Source: Candidatus Latescibacterota bacterium
GTDB lineage: Bacteria; Latescibacterota; UBA2968; UBA8231
Reading direction: 5' to 3'
Assembly (NCBI GenBank): GCA_965217585.1
Contig: OZ244561.1
Span: 3,424,001 to 3,488,000 of the forward strand
DNA: 64,000 nt
Under the pieces are notes generated by a model. It ran no database searches. It had not been told where the DNA came from and saw only the letters and a list, made by a program, of their open reading frames with translations. This document shows positions 36,555-46,850 of this stretch, in pieces; the first letter of the stretch is position 1, and every line of letters begins with the position of its first letter. The position numbers and the translations under genes are program-made.

Positions 36555-36617
36555 GCTGTATGTCTCTCTATGGGAAGTGTTGGTCGTGGGAAATTTTGCT
36601 TCATGTTAGCTGATAAC

Positions 36618-37529
36618 TCAGCGGTTTTCTCCGTTCGCTGGAAAGCGGGCGGCCAACGCCGCGTCCAGTTTGGTGTACTCGTCGTAGCCGAGTAGTTCGT
36701 AGAGTTCGTCTCGCGTCTGCATCTGTCCGAGGGAATCCTTGAGGGTGCCCTTTTCCTTCAGTTCGAGGAACAGCCCTTCGACGGCCTTCATCATCGCGCG
36801 GAACGCGCTCAGCGGGAAAATTACGAGGCGGTATCCCATGGCGGCAAACTCTGCAACCGATAGGTACGGCGATTTGCCGAATTCGGTCATGTTGGCGAGG
36901 AGCGGGCCTTTGACTTGCTCGGCGTAGCGGGCGAATTCCTCGGCGCTCTGCATGGCTTCGGGAAAGACGGCGTCTGCGCCGGCTGCCAAGTAGCGTTGGC
37001 CGCGCTCGACGCTTTGCGCAAAGCCCTCGACGGCGCGGGCGTCGCAGCGGGCGATGATCACAAAGTCCGGATCTTGCCGCGCCGTGCAGGCGGCGGCGAT
37101 CTTGCGCTCCATTTCCTCGATCCCGATCAGGGCCTTGCCGTCGAGGTGGCCGCAGCGCTTGGGCATAACTTGGTCCTCTAAGTGCAACCCGGCCAAGCCC
37201 TCGCGCTCGTAAGTGCGCACCGTGCGCATCACCTGCCAGATCTCGCCAAACCCGGTATCCGCATCGCAGATGCAGGGCACTTGCACCGCGTTGGCAATAT
37301 AGCCGGCTTGGCGGGCCATTTCGTCCATGCCCAACAGGCCGACGTCCGGGTAGCCGGCCGTGCTGTTGGCCAGGCCAGCGCCGGAAATGTACACGGCCTC
37401 GAACCCGGTGCGCTCGGCCAGCATGGCCACGGGCGCGTTGAAGGCCCCGGGCAAGGTCAGGGTCTTGGTGGCCATCAGGCGGCGCAAGGCGCACGGCTTG
37501 GACTCGGCGGGTGCAGGCTTGAGTAGCAT
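36618..37529 (-). CDS. prpB: Methylisocitrate lyase
   Basis: DADTGFG, KRCGHLDGK, LANMTEFGKSP. Confidence 0.9.
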   Translation of the reverse strand: MLLKPAPAESKPCALRRLMATKTLTLPGAFNAPVAMLAERTGFEAVYISGAGLANSTAGYPDVGLLGMDEMARQAGYIANAVQVPCICDADTGFGEIWQVMRTVRTYEREGLAGLHLEDQVMPKRCGHLDGKALIGIEEMERKIAAACTARQDPDFVIIARCDARAVEGFAQSVERGQRYLAAGADAVFPEAMQSAEEFARYAEQVKGPLLANMTEFGKSPYLSVAEFAAMGYRLVIFPLSAFRAMMKAVEGLFLELKEKGTLKDSLGQMQTRDELYELLGYDEYTKLDAALAARFPANGENR

Positions 37530-37532
37530 GGC

Positions 37533-38813
37533 TCAGGCGAGGGGGATGGTGGCTTCGCGCTCCGGCCCTACGGAAATCAGGGAGATCGGTGCCCGGCTCA
37601 GTTCGGCGACCCGTTCCACGTAAGCCTGCGCCTTTGGCGGTAGGTCGTCGAAGCGGCGCGCGTGAGTAGTTGGCGCACACCAGCCCTCGACTTCCTCGTA
37701 GATTGGCTCGCACAGCTCTAGGACTTGCGGGTCGGCGGGGAACTCCTCCAGCACTTGGTCGCCGCAGCGGTAGCCAATGCCCAGCTTGAGGTGGTCGCAT
37801 TGGTCGAGTACGTCGAGCCGAGTCAGGGCGATGCTGGTCAGGCCGTTGATGCGGGCCGAGACCCGCAAGATGGCGGCGTCGAACCAGCCGCAGCGCCGCG
37901 GTCGGCCGGTGGTGGCTCCGAACTCGCGGCCTAAGCCGCGCAGACGCTCGCCCTCTTCCCCTAATAACTCGGTGGGAAAGGGCCCGTTGCCCACCCGCGT
38001 GGTGTACGCTTTGGCCACGCCGACGACCTCGGCGATCCGCGTGGGACCGATGCCGGTGCCGGTGCAGGCCCCACCCGCAGTAGTGTTCGAGGAGGTGACG
38101 TAGGGATAGGTGCCGTGGTCGATGTCGAGTAAGGTTCCTTGCGCCCCTTCGCAGAGGACCGTTTTGCCTTGGTCGAGGGTTTGGTTGAGCAGGACCGAGG
38201 TGTCGGCAACGTATGGGGCGAGCCGCTCGCCGTAGCGGATGTACGCGTCGATGATAGGACCGACCTCCAGCGGCTCTTGTCCGAAGACCTTGGTCAGGAT
38301 CTCGTTTTTGGCGCGAATACTGGCCCGGAGCTTGTCGCGCAAACGCGCCGGGTCGCACAAATCCATGACGCGCACCCCGTGGCTGCGCTCGACTTTGTCG
38401 CGGTAAGCCGGGCCAATGCCGCGGCCGGTCGTGCCGATGGCGACGCCGTTTTCGCTCTCCTCCCCGGCCTTTTCCAAGACCTTGTGGTAAGGCATTACGA
38501 CGTGGGCAACTTGGCTGACGAAGAAGCGGCCGGCCACTGAAAAGCCCTTGGTCTCCAACTCGGCAATCTCATCGAGCATGATGGCTGGATCGACGACCAC
38601 CCCGTTGCCCACCACGCAGATTTTATCCTCGTGCATGATGCCCGAGGGAATGGTGTGGAAGATGAACTCGGTGGAGTCGGTGACGACCGTGTGGCCGGCG
38701 TTGGCCCCTCCCTGATAGCGCACCACCACATCGGCTGCGGGTGTGAGATAATCGACGACTTTGGCCTTGCCTTCGTCGCCCCACTGCGCTCCTAATACTA
38801 TTTTCGCGGGCAT
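37533..38813 (-). CDS. purA: Adenylosuccinate synthase
   Basis: GAQWGDEGKAK, GANAGHT, GATTGRPRRCGW. Confidence 0.97.
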   Translation of the reverse strand: MPAKIVLGAQWGDEGKAKVVDYLTPAADVVVRYQGGANAGHTVVTDSTEFIFHTIPSGIMHEDKICVVGNGVVVDPAIMLDEIAELETKGFSVAGRFFVSQVAHVVMPYHKVLEKAGEESENGVAIGTTGRGIGPAYRDKVERSHGVRVMDLCDPARLRDKLRASIRAKNEILTKVFGQEPLEVGPIIDAYIRYGERLAPYVADTSVLLNQTLDQGKTVLCEGAQGTLLDIDHGTYPYVTSSNTTAGGACTGTGIGPTRIAEVVGVAKAYTTRVGNGPFPTELLGEEGERLRGLGREFGATTGRPRRCGWFDAAILRVSARINGLTSIALTRLDVLDQCDHLKLGIGYRCGDQVLEEFPADPQVLELCEPIYEEVEGWCAPTTHARRFDDLPPKAQAYVERVAELSRAPISLISVGPEREATIPLA

Positions 38814-38828
38814 TGTGTACTCCCGTTC

Positions 38829-40409
38829 TTAAAGACTGACTTGTTTGGCCCAGGAGATGTACTCCCGAGAGAGAATATCGTCAACTACGTCGGTGGTGAT
38901 CGGGTCATCGACGTTGAGGATGGTCAGGGCTTGGCCGCCCATTTGGCGACGCCCGCACGACATTTGGGCGATGTTGACATTGTGGCTGCCCATGACCGTG
39001 CCGATTTGGCCGATGATGCCCGGGACATCATCGTTGATGTAAAAGAGCATGTGCCCCTCTGGGACGGCGTCGAAAATGTACTCGTCGAGGTGTACGAGGC
39101 GCGGGTCGCTCTTGCCGAAGATCGTGCCCGCGAGCAGGCGCTGCCCCTTGTTGGTGTGATACACCACGGTGATGAGACTGGCGTAGTCCTCGTGCTCGCT
39201 GCTGAGCCGCTCATCGACTTGCACGCCGCGCTCCTGCGCGAAGAGCAGCGCATTGACCACATTGACTGACGCGTCCGAGACGGTCTCCATAATGCCCTTG
39301 AGTACGGCCGAGGTCAGCGGCGAGGTCGGGTAGGCAGTGACGTCGCCTTGGTATTCGATGGTGATGCGCTCTAGCTGTCCCGCGCCGAGTTGGGCTTGTA
39401 GGCGACCTAGCCGCTCGGCCAGCACGAGGTAGGGCTGTAGTTTGCCGTGGATCTCGGGATCAACCGAAGGGGCGTTGACCGCGTTGCGAATGACGCGGCC
39501 CATCAGCACGTCGCCGACCTGTTCGGCCACCTGCAAGGCGACATTGGCTTGGGCTTCCTTGGTGGAGGCGGCCAAGTGCGGCGTGCAGATCACGCGGTCG
39601 TCAACCAAGAGGTCCACGAGGGTCGGCGGCTCCTCCTCGAAGACGTCTAAGGCGGCACCGGCTACCTTGCCCGAGGCCAAGCCGCGCAGGAGGGCGTCCT
39701 CGTCAATGATGCCGCCGCGGGCGCAATTGATTAGATAGACCCCGTCTTTACACTGAGCGATCTCGGCGTCGGAAATCAGGTGCCGGGTCTGGTCGCTGAG
39801 ATGGGTGTGGACGGTGATAAAATCCGCGGTAGCGTAGATCTCGTCGAGGGGCGCGAGATGTGCGCCGCAGGAGAGGGCGACCTCTTGGCCGATATAGGGA
39901 TCGTAGCCGAGGACTTTCATGTGAAAGGCCGCCGCGCGCGCGGCCACTTCCCTCCCCACTTGGCCCAAGCCGACCACAGCGAGGGTCTTGCCGGCCAGCT
40001 CGACGCCGACGAATTGGCTCCGTTCCCACAGCCCCCTTTTAAGCGAGGCCGTCGCCTGCGGGATGTGCCGCGCAAGGGAGGCTATGAGCGCGAAGGTGTG
40101 CTCGGCGGTCGATAGGGAATTGCCGCCCGGGGTATTCATGACGATGACGCCGTGGCGGGTTGCCGCCTCTACGTCGATGTTGTCGAAGCCCGTGCCGGCG
40201 CGGCCAATGACCCGGAGGCGCGGCGCGGCGGCGAGCACCTCGGCCGTCACTTTGGTCGCGCTGCGCACGACGAGTCCCTCGTAGTCGCCGATGCAGTCTA
40301 TGAGCGCGCTCGGCGACAACCCGCTGCGCACGTCAACTGCGATCCCGTCATTGGCTTCGAGGATCTCGACGCAGCGGGGGTCCATCTTGTCGCTGATCAG
40401 TACTTTCAT
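38829..40409 (-). CDS. serA: D-3-phosphoglycerate dehydrogenase with ACT domain
   Basis: VVRSATKVT, NCARGG, TPHLAAST, C-terminal DVPGIIG ACT domain. Confidence 0.95.
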   Translation of the reverse strand: MKVLISDKMDPRCVEILEANDGIAVDVRSGLSPSALIDCIGDYEGLVVRSATKVTAEVLAAAPRLRVIGRAGTGFDNIDVEAATRHGVIVMNTPGGNSLSTAEHTFALIASLARHIPQATASLKRGLWERSQFVGVELAGKTLAVVGLGQVGREVAARAAAFHMKVLGYDPYIGQEVALSCGAHLAPLDEIYATADFITVHTHLSDQTRHLISDAEIAQCKDGVYLINCARGGIIDEDALLRGLASGKVAGAALDVFEEEPPTLVDLLVDDRVICTPHLAASTKEAQANVALQVAEQVGDVLMGRVIRNAVNAPSVDPEIHGKLQPYLVLAERLGRLQAQLGAGQLERITIEYQGDVTAYPTSPLTSAVLKGIMETVSDASVNVVNALLFAQERGVQVDERLSSEHEDYASLITVVYHTNKGQRLLAGTIFGKSDPRLVHLDEYIFDAVPEGHMLFYINDDVPGIIGQIGTVMGSHNVNIAQMSCGRRQMGGQALTILNVDDPITTDVVDDILSREYISWAKQVSL

Positions 40410-40417
40410 GGTCCTCT

Positions 40418-41011
40418 TTAGGTTGCGTTGCCAACTAGCGCCTCGGCGATCCACCCTGTAATGTCGTCTTGCCCGCGGCCGTCAACCGCCGAGAAGGGCA
40501 CAAAGGAAAGGCCGGCGAGCGATCCTTGGTCATCGAGCTGGTCGAACAGGTGTTGCAACTTATTGTGCGACAGTTTGTCGGCCTTGGTAAAGACCAGCAG
40601 GAAGGGCTTATCGAGCGCGCGCAATTCGTCGATCATCTGCCGGTCCAGATCGGTGGGGCCGCGCCGGGCATCGACGAGCTGCAACACCGCGCACAATGCC
40701 TCGCGATTGGTCATGTAGCTGCGGATGAGTTGGCCGAGCTGTAAGCGCAAACCCACGCCGCCGCGCACGTACCCGTAGCCGGGCAGATCAACTAAGTAGA
40801 ACTGCCCGTTGGCCAGATAGTAGTTTAACTGCTGGGTCTTGCCGGGTACGGTGCTGGTGCGCGCCAGCTTCTTGCGCTGCACCAACCTGTTGATCAGGGA
40901 AGACTTGCCGACGTTGGAGCGGCCCACTAAGGCGATTTCGGGCAAGCCGTCCTTGGGCAGATCGGCCGTGCGGACGGCACTAATTTTGAATTCGGCAGAG
41001 GAAAAGCGCAT
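40418..41011 (-). CDS. engB: Ribosome biogenesis GTPase YihA/YsxC
   Basis: GRSNVGKSS, DLPGYG, TKADK; follows clpX. Confidence 0.95.
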   Translation of the reverse strand: MRFSSAEFKISAVRTADLPKDGLPEIALVGRSNVGKSSLINRLVQRKKLARTSTVPGKTQQLNYYLANGQFYLVDLPGYGYVRGGVGLRLQLGQLIRSYMTNREALCAVLQLVDARRGPTDLDRQMIDELRALDKPFLLVFTKADKLSHNKLQHLFDQLDDQGSLAGLSFVPFSAVDGRGQDDITGWIAEALVGNAT

Positions 41012-41027
41012 CGCCGGGGTTTGGAGA

Positions 41028-42275
41028 TTAGGCGCGTTTGCGCCGCATCTCTTCGTCTTCGCTGCTGGACCGTGCGATCCCGCTCTCGATCATCTCGCCC
41101 GTAACTTGCAGGCGCGTGACTTCCTCCTGAGAGGGAATATCGAACATGATGTCCATCATAGCCTGCTCTAGGACAGAGCGCAGGCCGCGGGCCCCAGTGC
41201 CCTTGTGAACGGTCAGGGCCACTACCTTGCGCAGGGCTTCCTCTGTGAACTCGACCTCGACTCCATCCATGGCGAAGAGCCGCTGCGACTGCTTGATGAT
41301 GGCGTCGTGCGGCTCGGTGAGGATGCGGAGCAAGTCGTCCTCGATGAGCGCGTCCATGGTGGTGATTACCGGTACGCGGCCGACAAATTCGGGGATCATG
41401 CCGTAGGCGAGCAGATCCTCGGGCTGTACCAGCGGCAATACGTCCGGGGTGTCGAGGCTATTCTCGTCGCCGTCGGCCCCAAAGCCCATGGTGCGCTTGC
41501 CGACCCGTTGGCTGATGACCTTATCCAGCCCCTCGAAGGCCCCGCCGCAGACGAAGAGGATGTTGCGGGTATCCATCTGGATCATCGGCTGCTCAGGGTG
41601 CTTGCGGCCCCCCTTGGGCGGGATGTTGGCGGTGGTGCCCTCCAAAATTTTGAGCAGTGCTTGCTGCACGCCCTCGCCCGACACATCGCGGCCGACCGAA
41701 GGCGCGGCGCTCTTGCGGGCGATCTTGTCAACCTCGTCGAGATAGAGGATGCCCTTTTCAGCGCGGGGCACGTCGTAATCGGCCGCTTGCAAAAGGCCCA
41801 CGAGGATGTTTTCCACGTCCTCGCCCACGTAGCCGGCCTCAGTGAGAATGGTGGCGTCGGCAATGGAGAAGGGGACTTGCAGGAATTTTGCGAGCGTTTT
41901 GGCTAGCTCGGTCTTGCCGGTGCCGGTAGGGCCGATGAGCATTACGTTGCTTTTCTCGAGCTCCACCTCGTCTAAGTCAACTTTGGTGCGAATGCGCTTG
42001 TAGTGATTGTACACGGCGACCGCGAGAATTTTCTTGGCCCGCTCTTGGGCGATCACGTATTCGTCGAGAAAATCCTTGATTTGGGTCGGCTTGGGCATCT
42101 CTGCGGTCTCCCAGGGGAGGGTCTTTTGCCGCTCCTCGGCCAGTACGTTGTTGCACAGCTTGACGCACTCGTTGCAGATGTGGACCTGGGGGCCGGTTAT
42201 GATCTTGTCAACTTGGTTGTGACTGCGCCCGCAGAACGAGCAGCGCGGATCGCTTTGGGGAGGCCGGCGACGCAA
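41028..42275 (-). CDS. clpX: ATP-dependent Clp protease ATP-binding subunit
   Basis: CSFCG...CNEC zinc finger, [19 protein letters not shown]. Confidence 0.97.
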   Translation of the reverse strand: MRRRPPQSDPRCSFCGRSHNQVDKIITGPQVHICNECVKLCNNVLAEERQKTLPWETAEMPKPTQIKDFLDEYVIAQERAKKILAVAVYNHYKRIRTKVDLDEVELEKSNVMLIGPTGTGKTELAKTLAKFLQVPFSIADATILTEAGYVGEDVENILVGLLQAADYDVPRAEKGILYLDEVDKIARKSAAPSVGRDVSGEGVQQALLKILEGTTANIPPKGGRKHPEQPMIQMDTRNILFVCGGAFEGLDKVISQRVGKRTMGFGADGDENSLDTPDVLPLVQPEDLLAYGMIPEFVGRVPVITTMDALIEDDLLRILTEPHDAIIKQSQRLFAMDGVEVEFTEEALRKVVALTVHKGTGARGLRSVLEQAMMDIMFDIPSQEEVTRLQVTGEMIESGIARSSSEDEEMRRKRA

Positions 42276-42284
42276 AATAGGCTC

Positions 42285-42893
42285 CTATACTGAGGAGGGG
42301 GCTACCTCGACGCGAGATGGAGCGATGATCTCGTCGATGATGCCGTATTCGACGGCTGCTGCGGCCGACATGAAAAAGTCGCGCTCAGTGTCCTGCTCAA
42401 TGCGCTCCATCGGCTGCCCGGTACACTCGACTAGCACCTCGTTGATCTGCTGGCGCATGGCGATGATCTCGCGGGCGTGGATCTCCACATCGGCCGCTTG
42501 GCCGCCGATCCCGCCCATGGGCTGGTGCAGCAAGACGCGGGCGTTGGGCAGGGCTTGGCGCTTGCCCTTGGTGCCGCCGGCCAATAGCACGGCTCCCATG
42601 CTGGATGCTTGGCCGATGCAGATGGTGGCTATATCGGAGGCCACGTATTGCATGGTGTCGTAGATGGCCATGCCCGCCGAGATCAGCCCGCCGGGGGTAT
42701 TGAGATAGAGTGCGATGTCCTTTTTGGGATCTTCAGAAGCGAGAAAGAGTATCTGGGCGATGATGAGATTGGCGATCGCGTCGTTGATCGGAGTGCCCGC
42801 AAAGATGATGCGGTCCTTGAGCAGCCGCGAGTAGATGTCGTATGAACGCTCTCCTCGGCCCGTCTGTTCGATGACCATTGGAATCAGCGACAT
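42285..42893 (-). CDS. clpP: Clp protease proteolytic subunit
   Basis: [22 protein letters not shown]. Confidence 0.97.
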   Translation of the reverse strand: MSLIPMVIEQTGRGERSYDIYSRLLKDRIIFAGTPINDAIANLIIAQILFLASEDPKKDIALYLNTPGGLISAGMAIYDTMQYVASDIATICIGQASSMGAVLLAGGTKGKRQALPNARVLLHQPMGGIGGQAADVEIHAREIIAMRQQINEVLVECTGQPMERIEQDTERDFFMSAAAAVEYGIIDEIIAPSRVEVAPSSV

Positions 42894-42896
42894 GAT

Positions 42897-44153
42897 TTAT
42901 ACCTTTTCCTCTTTGATTTCGGCTTTGGCGATGAGCAAATCAAAAACCTTTTGGTCTTCCAACTCGCGCCGCAATCCCTCCGCGTTCTGCAAGTCGGCAG
43001 GTTGGACGCCGGCACGGGCGGCGCGCTCGGCGGTGAATTGGGCAAACTCCGCGTCCGTCACTTCGACCCCGGCTTGTTGGCGCACGCTGTCGAGCAGTAG
43101 ATAGCTCTTGAGCTGGCGCGTGGCTTGGGCTCGCTCTTCGTCGCTGTGGCTGTGGTCGTGGTCGTGGTCGTGGTCGTGATTGGCCTGCTCCCGCTCGAGC
43201 GAGTCGAGGTAGTTATCGACCATGCTCTCGGGCAGTTCGAAGTCGTTTTTTAGGATGAGCTGCCCGATTAGGTCGCTGCGCAGGCGCTGCTGGGCCATGT
43301 ATTCCCAGCGCTCTTGGATCTGCCCGCTGAGGTGCTGGCGCAAGTCGTCGAGGGTCTGGAACTGCTCGCCGAGATCCTTGGCGAACTCGTCGTCGAGCTC
43401 GGGCAGGGTGCGCTCGCGCACCTCGTGGGCTGCTACCGCGAAATGCGCGGTCTGGCCGGCGAGCTGTTCGTTGGGTAGGTCCTGTCGGTAGGCGAAGCGG
43501 ACCTTGCGCTCTTCGCCGGCACCCATGCCGACGAGGGCCTCTTCAAACTCGGGGCTGAGGGCGTTCTCGTCGCCGATGAGGATGTGGCGCTTCTCGTACT
43601 TATCGCCAATGATGGGTAGGCCGCTCTCGTCGAGTCGCTGTAAATCCGCGACGAGCACGTCGCCGTTGGTCAATGACCGCTCGACGACTCGCTCAGTGGC
43701 GTGGCGGCGGCGCAGCTCCTCTAGATGCTCGCCGATCTCCTCGTCGGCCACCTCGTGAACCATGCGGGTGGCAGCGAGCTTTTCGTAGTGCTCGGTTTTG
43801 ATTTCGGGCCAGATGTCGAGGGCCGCCGTAAACGTCAGGTTCCCCCCTGGCTCGTGGTCGAGTTGGGAAATTTGGGGCGGCGCGGCCGGCCGCAGGCCCG
43901 CCTCGCGCGTGGCTTCTTCTAGGAGCGAGGGGAGGAGATCGCCGAGGACTTCGCCGCGGATGGAACTGCCGAAGCGTGATTCGATGATCCTGAGCGGCAC
44001 TTTACCCTTGCGGAAGCCCGGAATCTCCAGCCGCTTTTGGTATTGACGCAGTGCCTTATTGAAGGAGGCGTCGATGCGCGCGGCCTCGACTTCAACGGCT
44101 AGCTCGCGTGCCCATTGGCCCTTCTCTGTGACATGAGTCTTCACGAAACGCAA
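42897..44153 (-). CDS. tig: Trigger factor
   Basis: PGFRKGKVP ribosome-binding loop; LPELDDEFAK; tRNA-Leu-tig-clpP-clpX synteny. Confidence 0.95.
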   Translation of the reverse strand: MRFVKTHVTEKGQWARELAVEVEAARIDASFNKALRQYQKRLEIPGFRKGKVPLRIIESRFGSSIRGEVLGDLLPSLLEEATREAGLRPAAPPQISQLDHEPGGNLTFTAALDIWPEIKTEHYEKLAATRMVHEVADEEIGEHLEELRRRHATERVVERSLTNGDVLVADLQRLDESGLPIIGDKYEKRHILIGDENALSPEFEEALVGMGAGEERKVRFAYRQDLPNEQLAGQTAHFAVAAHEVRERTLPELDDEFAKDLGEQFQTLDDLRQHLSGQIQERWEYMAQQRLRSDLIGQLILKNDFELPESMVDNYLDSLEREQANHDHDHDHDHSHSDEERAQATRQLKSYLLLDSVRQQAGVEVTDAEFAQFTAERAARAGVQPADLQNAEGLRRELEDQKVFDLLIAKAEIKEEKV

Positions 44154-44167
44154 CCCTTACAAGGCTA

Positions 44168-44199
44168 GGGCGCACCGCCGGACCGCGGGCGGTGCGCTC
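44168..44199. terminator. GC-rich hairpin downstream of tRNA-Leu
   Basis: GGGCGCACCGCC...GGCGGTGCGCTC stem. Confidence 0.5.
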
Positions 44200-44208
44200 G
44201 TATGTTCA

Positions 44209-44295
44209 TGGTGCGAAAGGGGGGACTCGAACCCCCAAGCCCTTTCGGGCACTAGATCCTAAATCTAGCGCGTCTGCCAGTTCCGCCACTTTCGC
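44209..44295 (-). tRNA. tRNA-Leu (anticodon TAG) with encoded CCA
   Basis: GCGAAAGTGGCGGAACTGGCAGACGCGCTAGATTTAGGATCTAG...GGGGGTTCGAGTCCCCCCTTTCGCACCA; long variable arm. Confidence 0.97.
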
Positions 44296-44388
44296 TATAC
44301 TGGATACCGCATCACAACGCGAAAATCGGCGACTAGGGAGGATTATATCCCAAGCGCGAAGGATAATATCAGGATTTATACTACTGGG

Positions 44389-45762
44389 TCAAGGGATTTG
44401 CCAAGCATCCATGCGGCTCTCAAGGTGGGTGCGCAACTCGGCTATGGGCACCCGCTCTTGGGCCATGGTGTCGCGGGCGCGCACGGTGACGGTCTGGTCC
44501 GCTAGGGTATCCGAATCGACCGTTAGGCAGAACGGCGTCCCCACCTCGTCCATGCGCCGATAGCGGCGGCCGATCGCGCCGCCCTCGTCGTAAAAAACCC
44601 GCATGTAAGGCCGGAGGTCCTCGGCGACTTGCCGGGCGATGGCGGGCATGCCGTCGCGCTTGACGAGGGGCAATACCGCCGCTTTGATCGGCGCAATGCG
44701 CGGGTGCAAGCGCATCACTATCCGCGTCTCGCCCCTGACCTCTTCCTCGTGGTATGCTTCGACTAAGCAGGCCATGCAAGTGCGGCTGGCCCCTATTGAG
44801 GTTTCTACTACGTAGGGTACGAACTTGGTGCGCTGCTGCTCGTCGAAGTACTTGAGCTGTTTGCCCGAAAATGTTTCGTGCTGCGACAAATCGTAGTCGC
44901 CGCGATTGTGGATGCCCTCGATCTCGCCTAGGCCAAAGGGAAACTCGTACTGAATGTCGAAGGCGACACGGGCATAATGGGCCAGTTCGTCTCCCTGATG
45001 TTCGTGCCAGCTCAACTTGCCCTCGGGCAGGCCGATTTGCGCGAACCACTTCCAGCGCTCCTCGCGCCAATAGTCGAACCACTCGTCTTGGGTGCCCGGC
45101 GCGACGAAGTACTGCATCTCCATCTGCTCGAATTCCCGCGTGCGGAAGAGGAAATTCTTGGTGTTGATCTCGTTGCGGAATGCCTTGCCGATCTGGGCGA
45201 TACCAAAGGGCAACTTCTGGCGCGTCGCCGCTTGCACGTTGAGGTAGTTGACGAAGATGCCCTGCGCCGTCTCGGGGCGGAGAAAGACCCGCGCACTGTC
45301 GTCTTCGAGCGGGCCGACGAAGGTCTTGAACATCAGGTTGAATTGTCGCGGGTCGCTCAGTTCGTTGCCCTTGGGGCTTTTGATGTCGCGCTCGCGCAGC
45401 AGCGCACCCATATCCTCGGCACTCAGGCCGGCTACGTCGATGCCGTTTTCTTCGAGGAGTTGGTCGAGCCGAAAGCGCTCGTTGGTCTTGCGATCTTCGA
45501 CCATGGGGTCGGTAAAGCTGTCGACGTGGCCCGATGCTTCCCACACCCGCTGATTCATGAGGATGCTGGCGTCGATGCCCTCTACGTCCTCTCGGTAGGT
45601 CATGGCCCTCCACCAGACCTCTTTGATGTTGCGCAACAGTTCGACGCCCAAAGGGCCGTAATCCCAGCAGCCGTTGAGGCCACCGTAGATTTCCGAGCTT
45701 TGAAAGATGAAGCCTTTGCGTTTGCACAGGGATACTAGTTTTTCCATTGCGTCGTCAGACAT
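44389..45762 (-). CDS. glyQS: Glycine--tRNA ligase (alpha2 type)
   Basis: LRPETAQG, FRTREFEQME, AIGRRYRRMDEVGTP. Confidence 0.96.
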   Translation of the reverse strand: MSDDAMEKLVSLCKRKGFIFQSSEIYGGLNGCWDYGPLGVELLRNIKEVWWRAMTYREDVEGIDASILMNQRVWEASGHVDSFTDPMVEDRKTNERFRLDQLLEENGIDVAGLSAEDMGALLRERDIKSPKGNELSDPRQFNLMFKTFVGPLEDDSARVFLRPETAQGIFVNYLNVQAATRQKLPFGIAQIGKAFRNEINTKNFLFRTREFEQMEMQYFVAPGTQDEWFDYWREERWKWFAQIGLPEGKLSWHEHQGDELAHYARVAFDIQYEFPFGLGEIEGIHNRGDYDLSQHETFSGKQLKYFDEQQRTKFVPYVVETSIGASRTCMACLVEAYHEEEVRGETRIVMRLHPRIAPIKAAVLPLVKRDGMPAIARQVAEDLRPYMRVFYDEGGAIGRRYRRMDEVGTPFCLTVDSDTLADQTVTVRARDTMAQERVPIAELRTHLESRMDAWQIP

Positions 45763-45778
45763 GAAAATCTCCAATAAG

Positions 45779-46558
45779 TTAGGCGGGTAAGGCGGCCCTG
45801 TTGAGGCCATCGAAAAAGTCGAGCGATTTGAGCCGGCTGTGCTCGCCCCCGTGGTACTCTAGAAAGCCGCGCAAAGCCATGCGGATCTCGCCGCGCTGGG
45901 CAGGGGCTTGGGGGATAGCCTCCTTGCTGTAGGTCCTAAGACCCTGGAGGACGGTGAGAAAGCGCAAGCTGCGTTGGGCTAAACGGACTCCGTTTCCGGG
46001 TCCGCAGGCGGCGCACAGGCTGCCCCCTAGGGCTGCGCTGAACCACGACGAGGGTCCGACTAGCTCGCGTTGGCAGGTAATGCACTGGCGCAGCTCCGGG
46101 CGGTAGCCGAGGGCCGCAGCGGCGCGTAGCTGGAAGTACCAGAACAGCGATTCGACCTGCTCTGGCTCTACTTCGACAAGCCCGTGCAATACCCCGGATA
46201 GGCACTGGTAGAGCCGGGGGTTGCCCTCGCCTTCGATTGTCAGGCGGTCAATCAGCTCGCAGGCGGCGCTGCCAAAGGAAAGTCGCTCTAGGCTTTGCGA
46301 TAGATCGGGTGCTGGTGTGAGCAGAGTGCATTCGCTCAGGGTTTGCAGGTCGCGGGTTTCTTTGACGTAGCAGACGGCTTGGACCTCGGTCATCAGGCCG
46401 AGCGCGGCGCCGAACCGGCTCTTGGGCTTGCGGGCACCCCGGGCCATGGCCTTGAGCTTGCCGCACTCCTGAGCGTAGAATGTCACTAGGCTGCTGGTCT
46501 CGCCCATGCGCATGGTGCGCAGCACGATGGCGCGCGTTTTGACGATAGTGCGCGGCAT
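45779..46558 (-). CDS. recO: DNA repair protein RecO
   Basis: AIVLR...ARGARKPKSRFGA; Zn finger CITC...CAAC. Confidence 0.93.
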   Translation of the reverse strand: MPRTIVKTRAIVLRTMRMGETSSLVTFYAQECGKLKAMARGARKPKSRFGAALGLMTEVQAVCYVKETRDLQTLSECTLLTPAPDLSQSLERLSFGSAACELIDRLTIEGEGNPRLYQCLSGVLHGLVEVEPEQVESLFWYFQLRAAAALGYRPELRQCITCQRELVGPSSWFSAALGGSLCAACGPGNGVRLAQRSLRFLTVLQGLRTYSKEAIPQAPAQRGEIRMALRGFLEYHGGEHSRLKSLDFFDGLNRAALPA

Positions 46559-46561
46559 AGG

Positions 46562-46843
46562 TCAATCGCCCTCTTCCGCAGGCAGGGGAATGACCACCTC
46601 ACCCGGTTTGACCAAGCCGAGATCTTCGCGCGCGACCCTTTCGATGAAATCTATGTCGCCTTCGAGCAATTTTAGCACTTGGCGCAAACTGTCGGTCTCG
46701 GCCTGTAGTTGGTTCACCTGCGCTTCGAGCTCTGTTAGGGTCTTCTCTTCCTCCCACACCTTGTAGAACAGCCCATTGCCAAAGGCCACGTAAGCCACCA
46801 GAGCGAGGAAGGCGATCAACAAGATCTTGGCCGTTTTAGTCAC
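46562..46843 (-). CDS. ftsB: Septum formation initiator (FtsB/DivIC)
   Basis: TM helix, coiled coil, IERVAREDLGLVKPGE. Confidence 0.88.
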   Translation of the reverse strand: MTKTAKILLIAFLALVAYVAFGNGLFYKVWEEEKTLTELEAQVNQLQAETDSLRQVLKLLEGDIDFIERVAREDLGLVKPGEVVIPLPAEEGD

Positions 46844-46850
46844 GTCGATT

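Noticed and set aside
36601-38358. Long Arg/Pro-rich alternative-frame ORFs (also 44420-45727, 23100-24269 and similar)
   Set aside because: High-GC shadow frames overlapping well-supported genes
44209-44295. tRNA-Leu as an integration site
   Set aside because: Flanked by core genes on both sides; no duplicated tRNA 3' end or integrase seen
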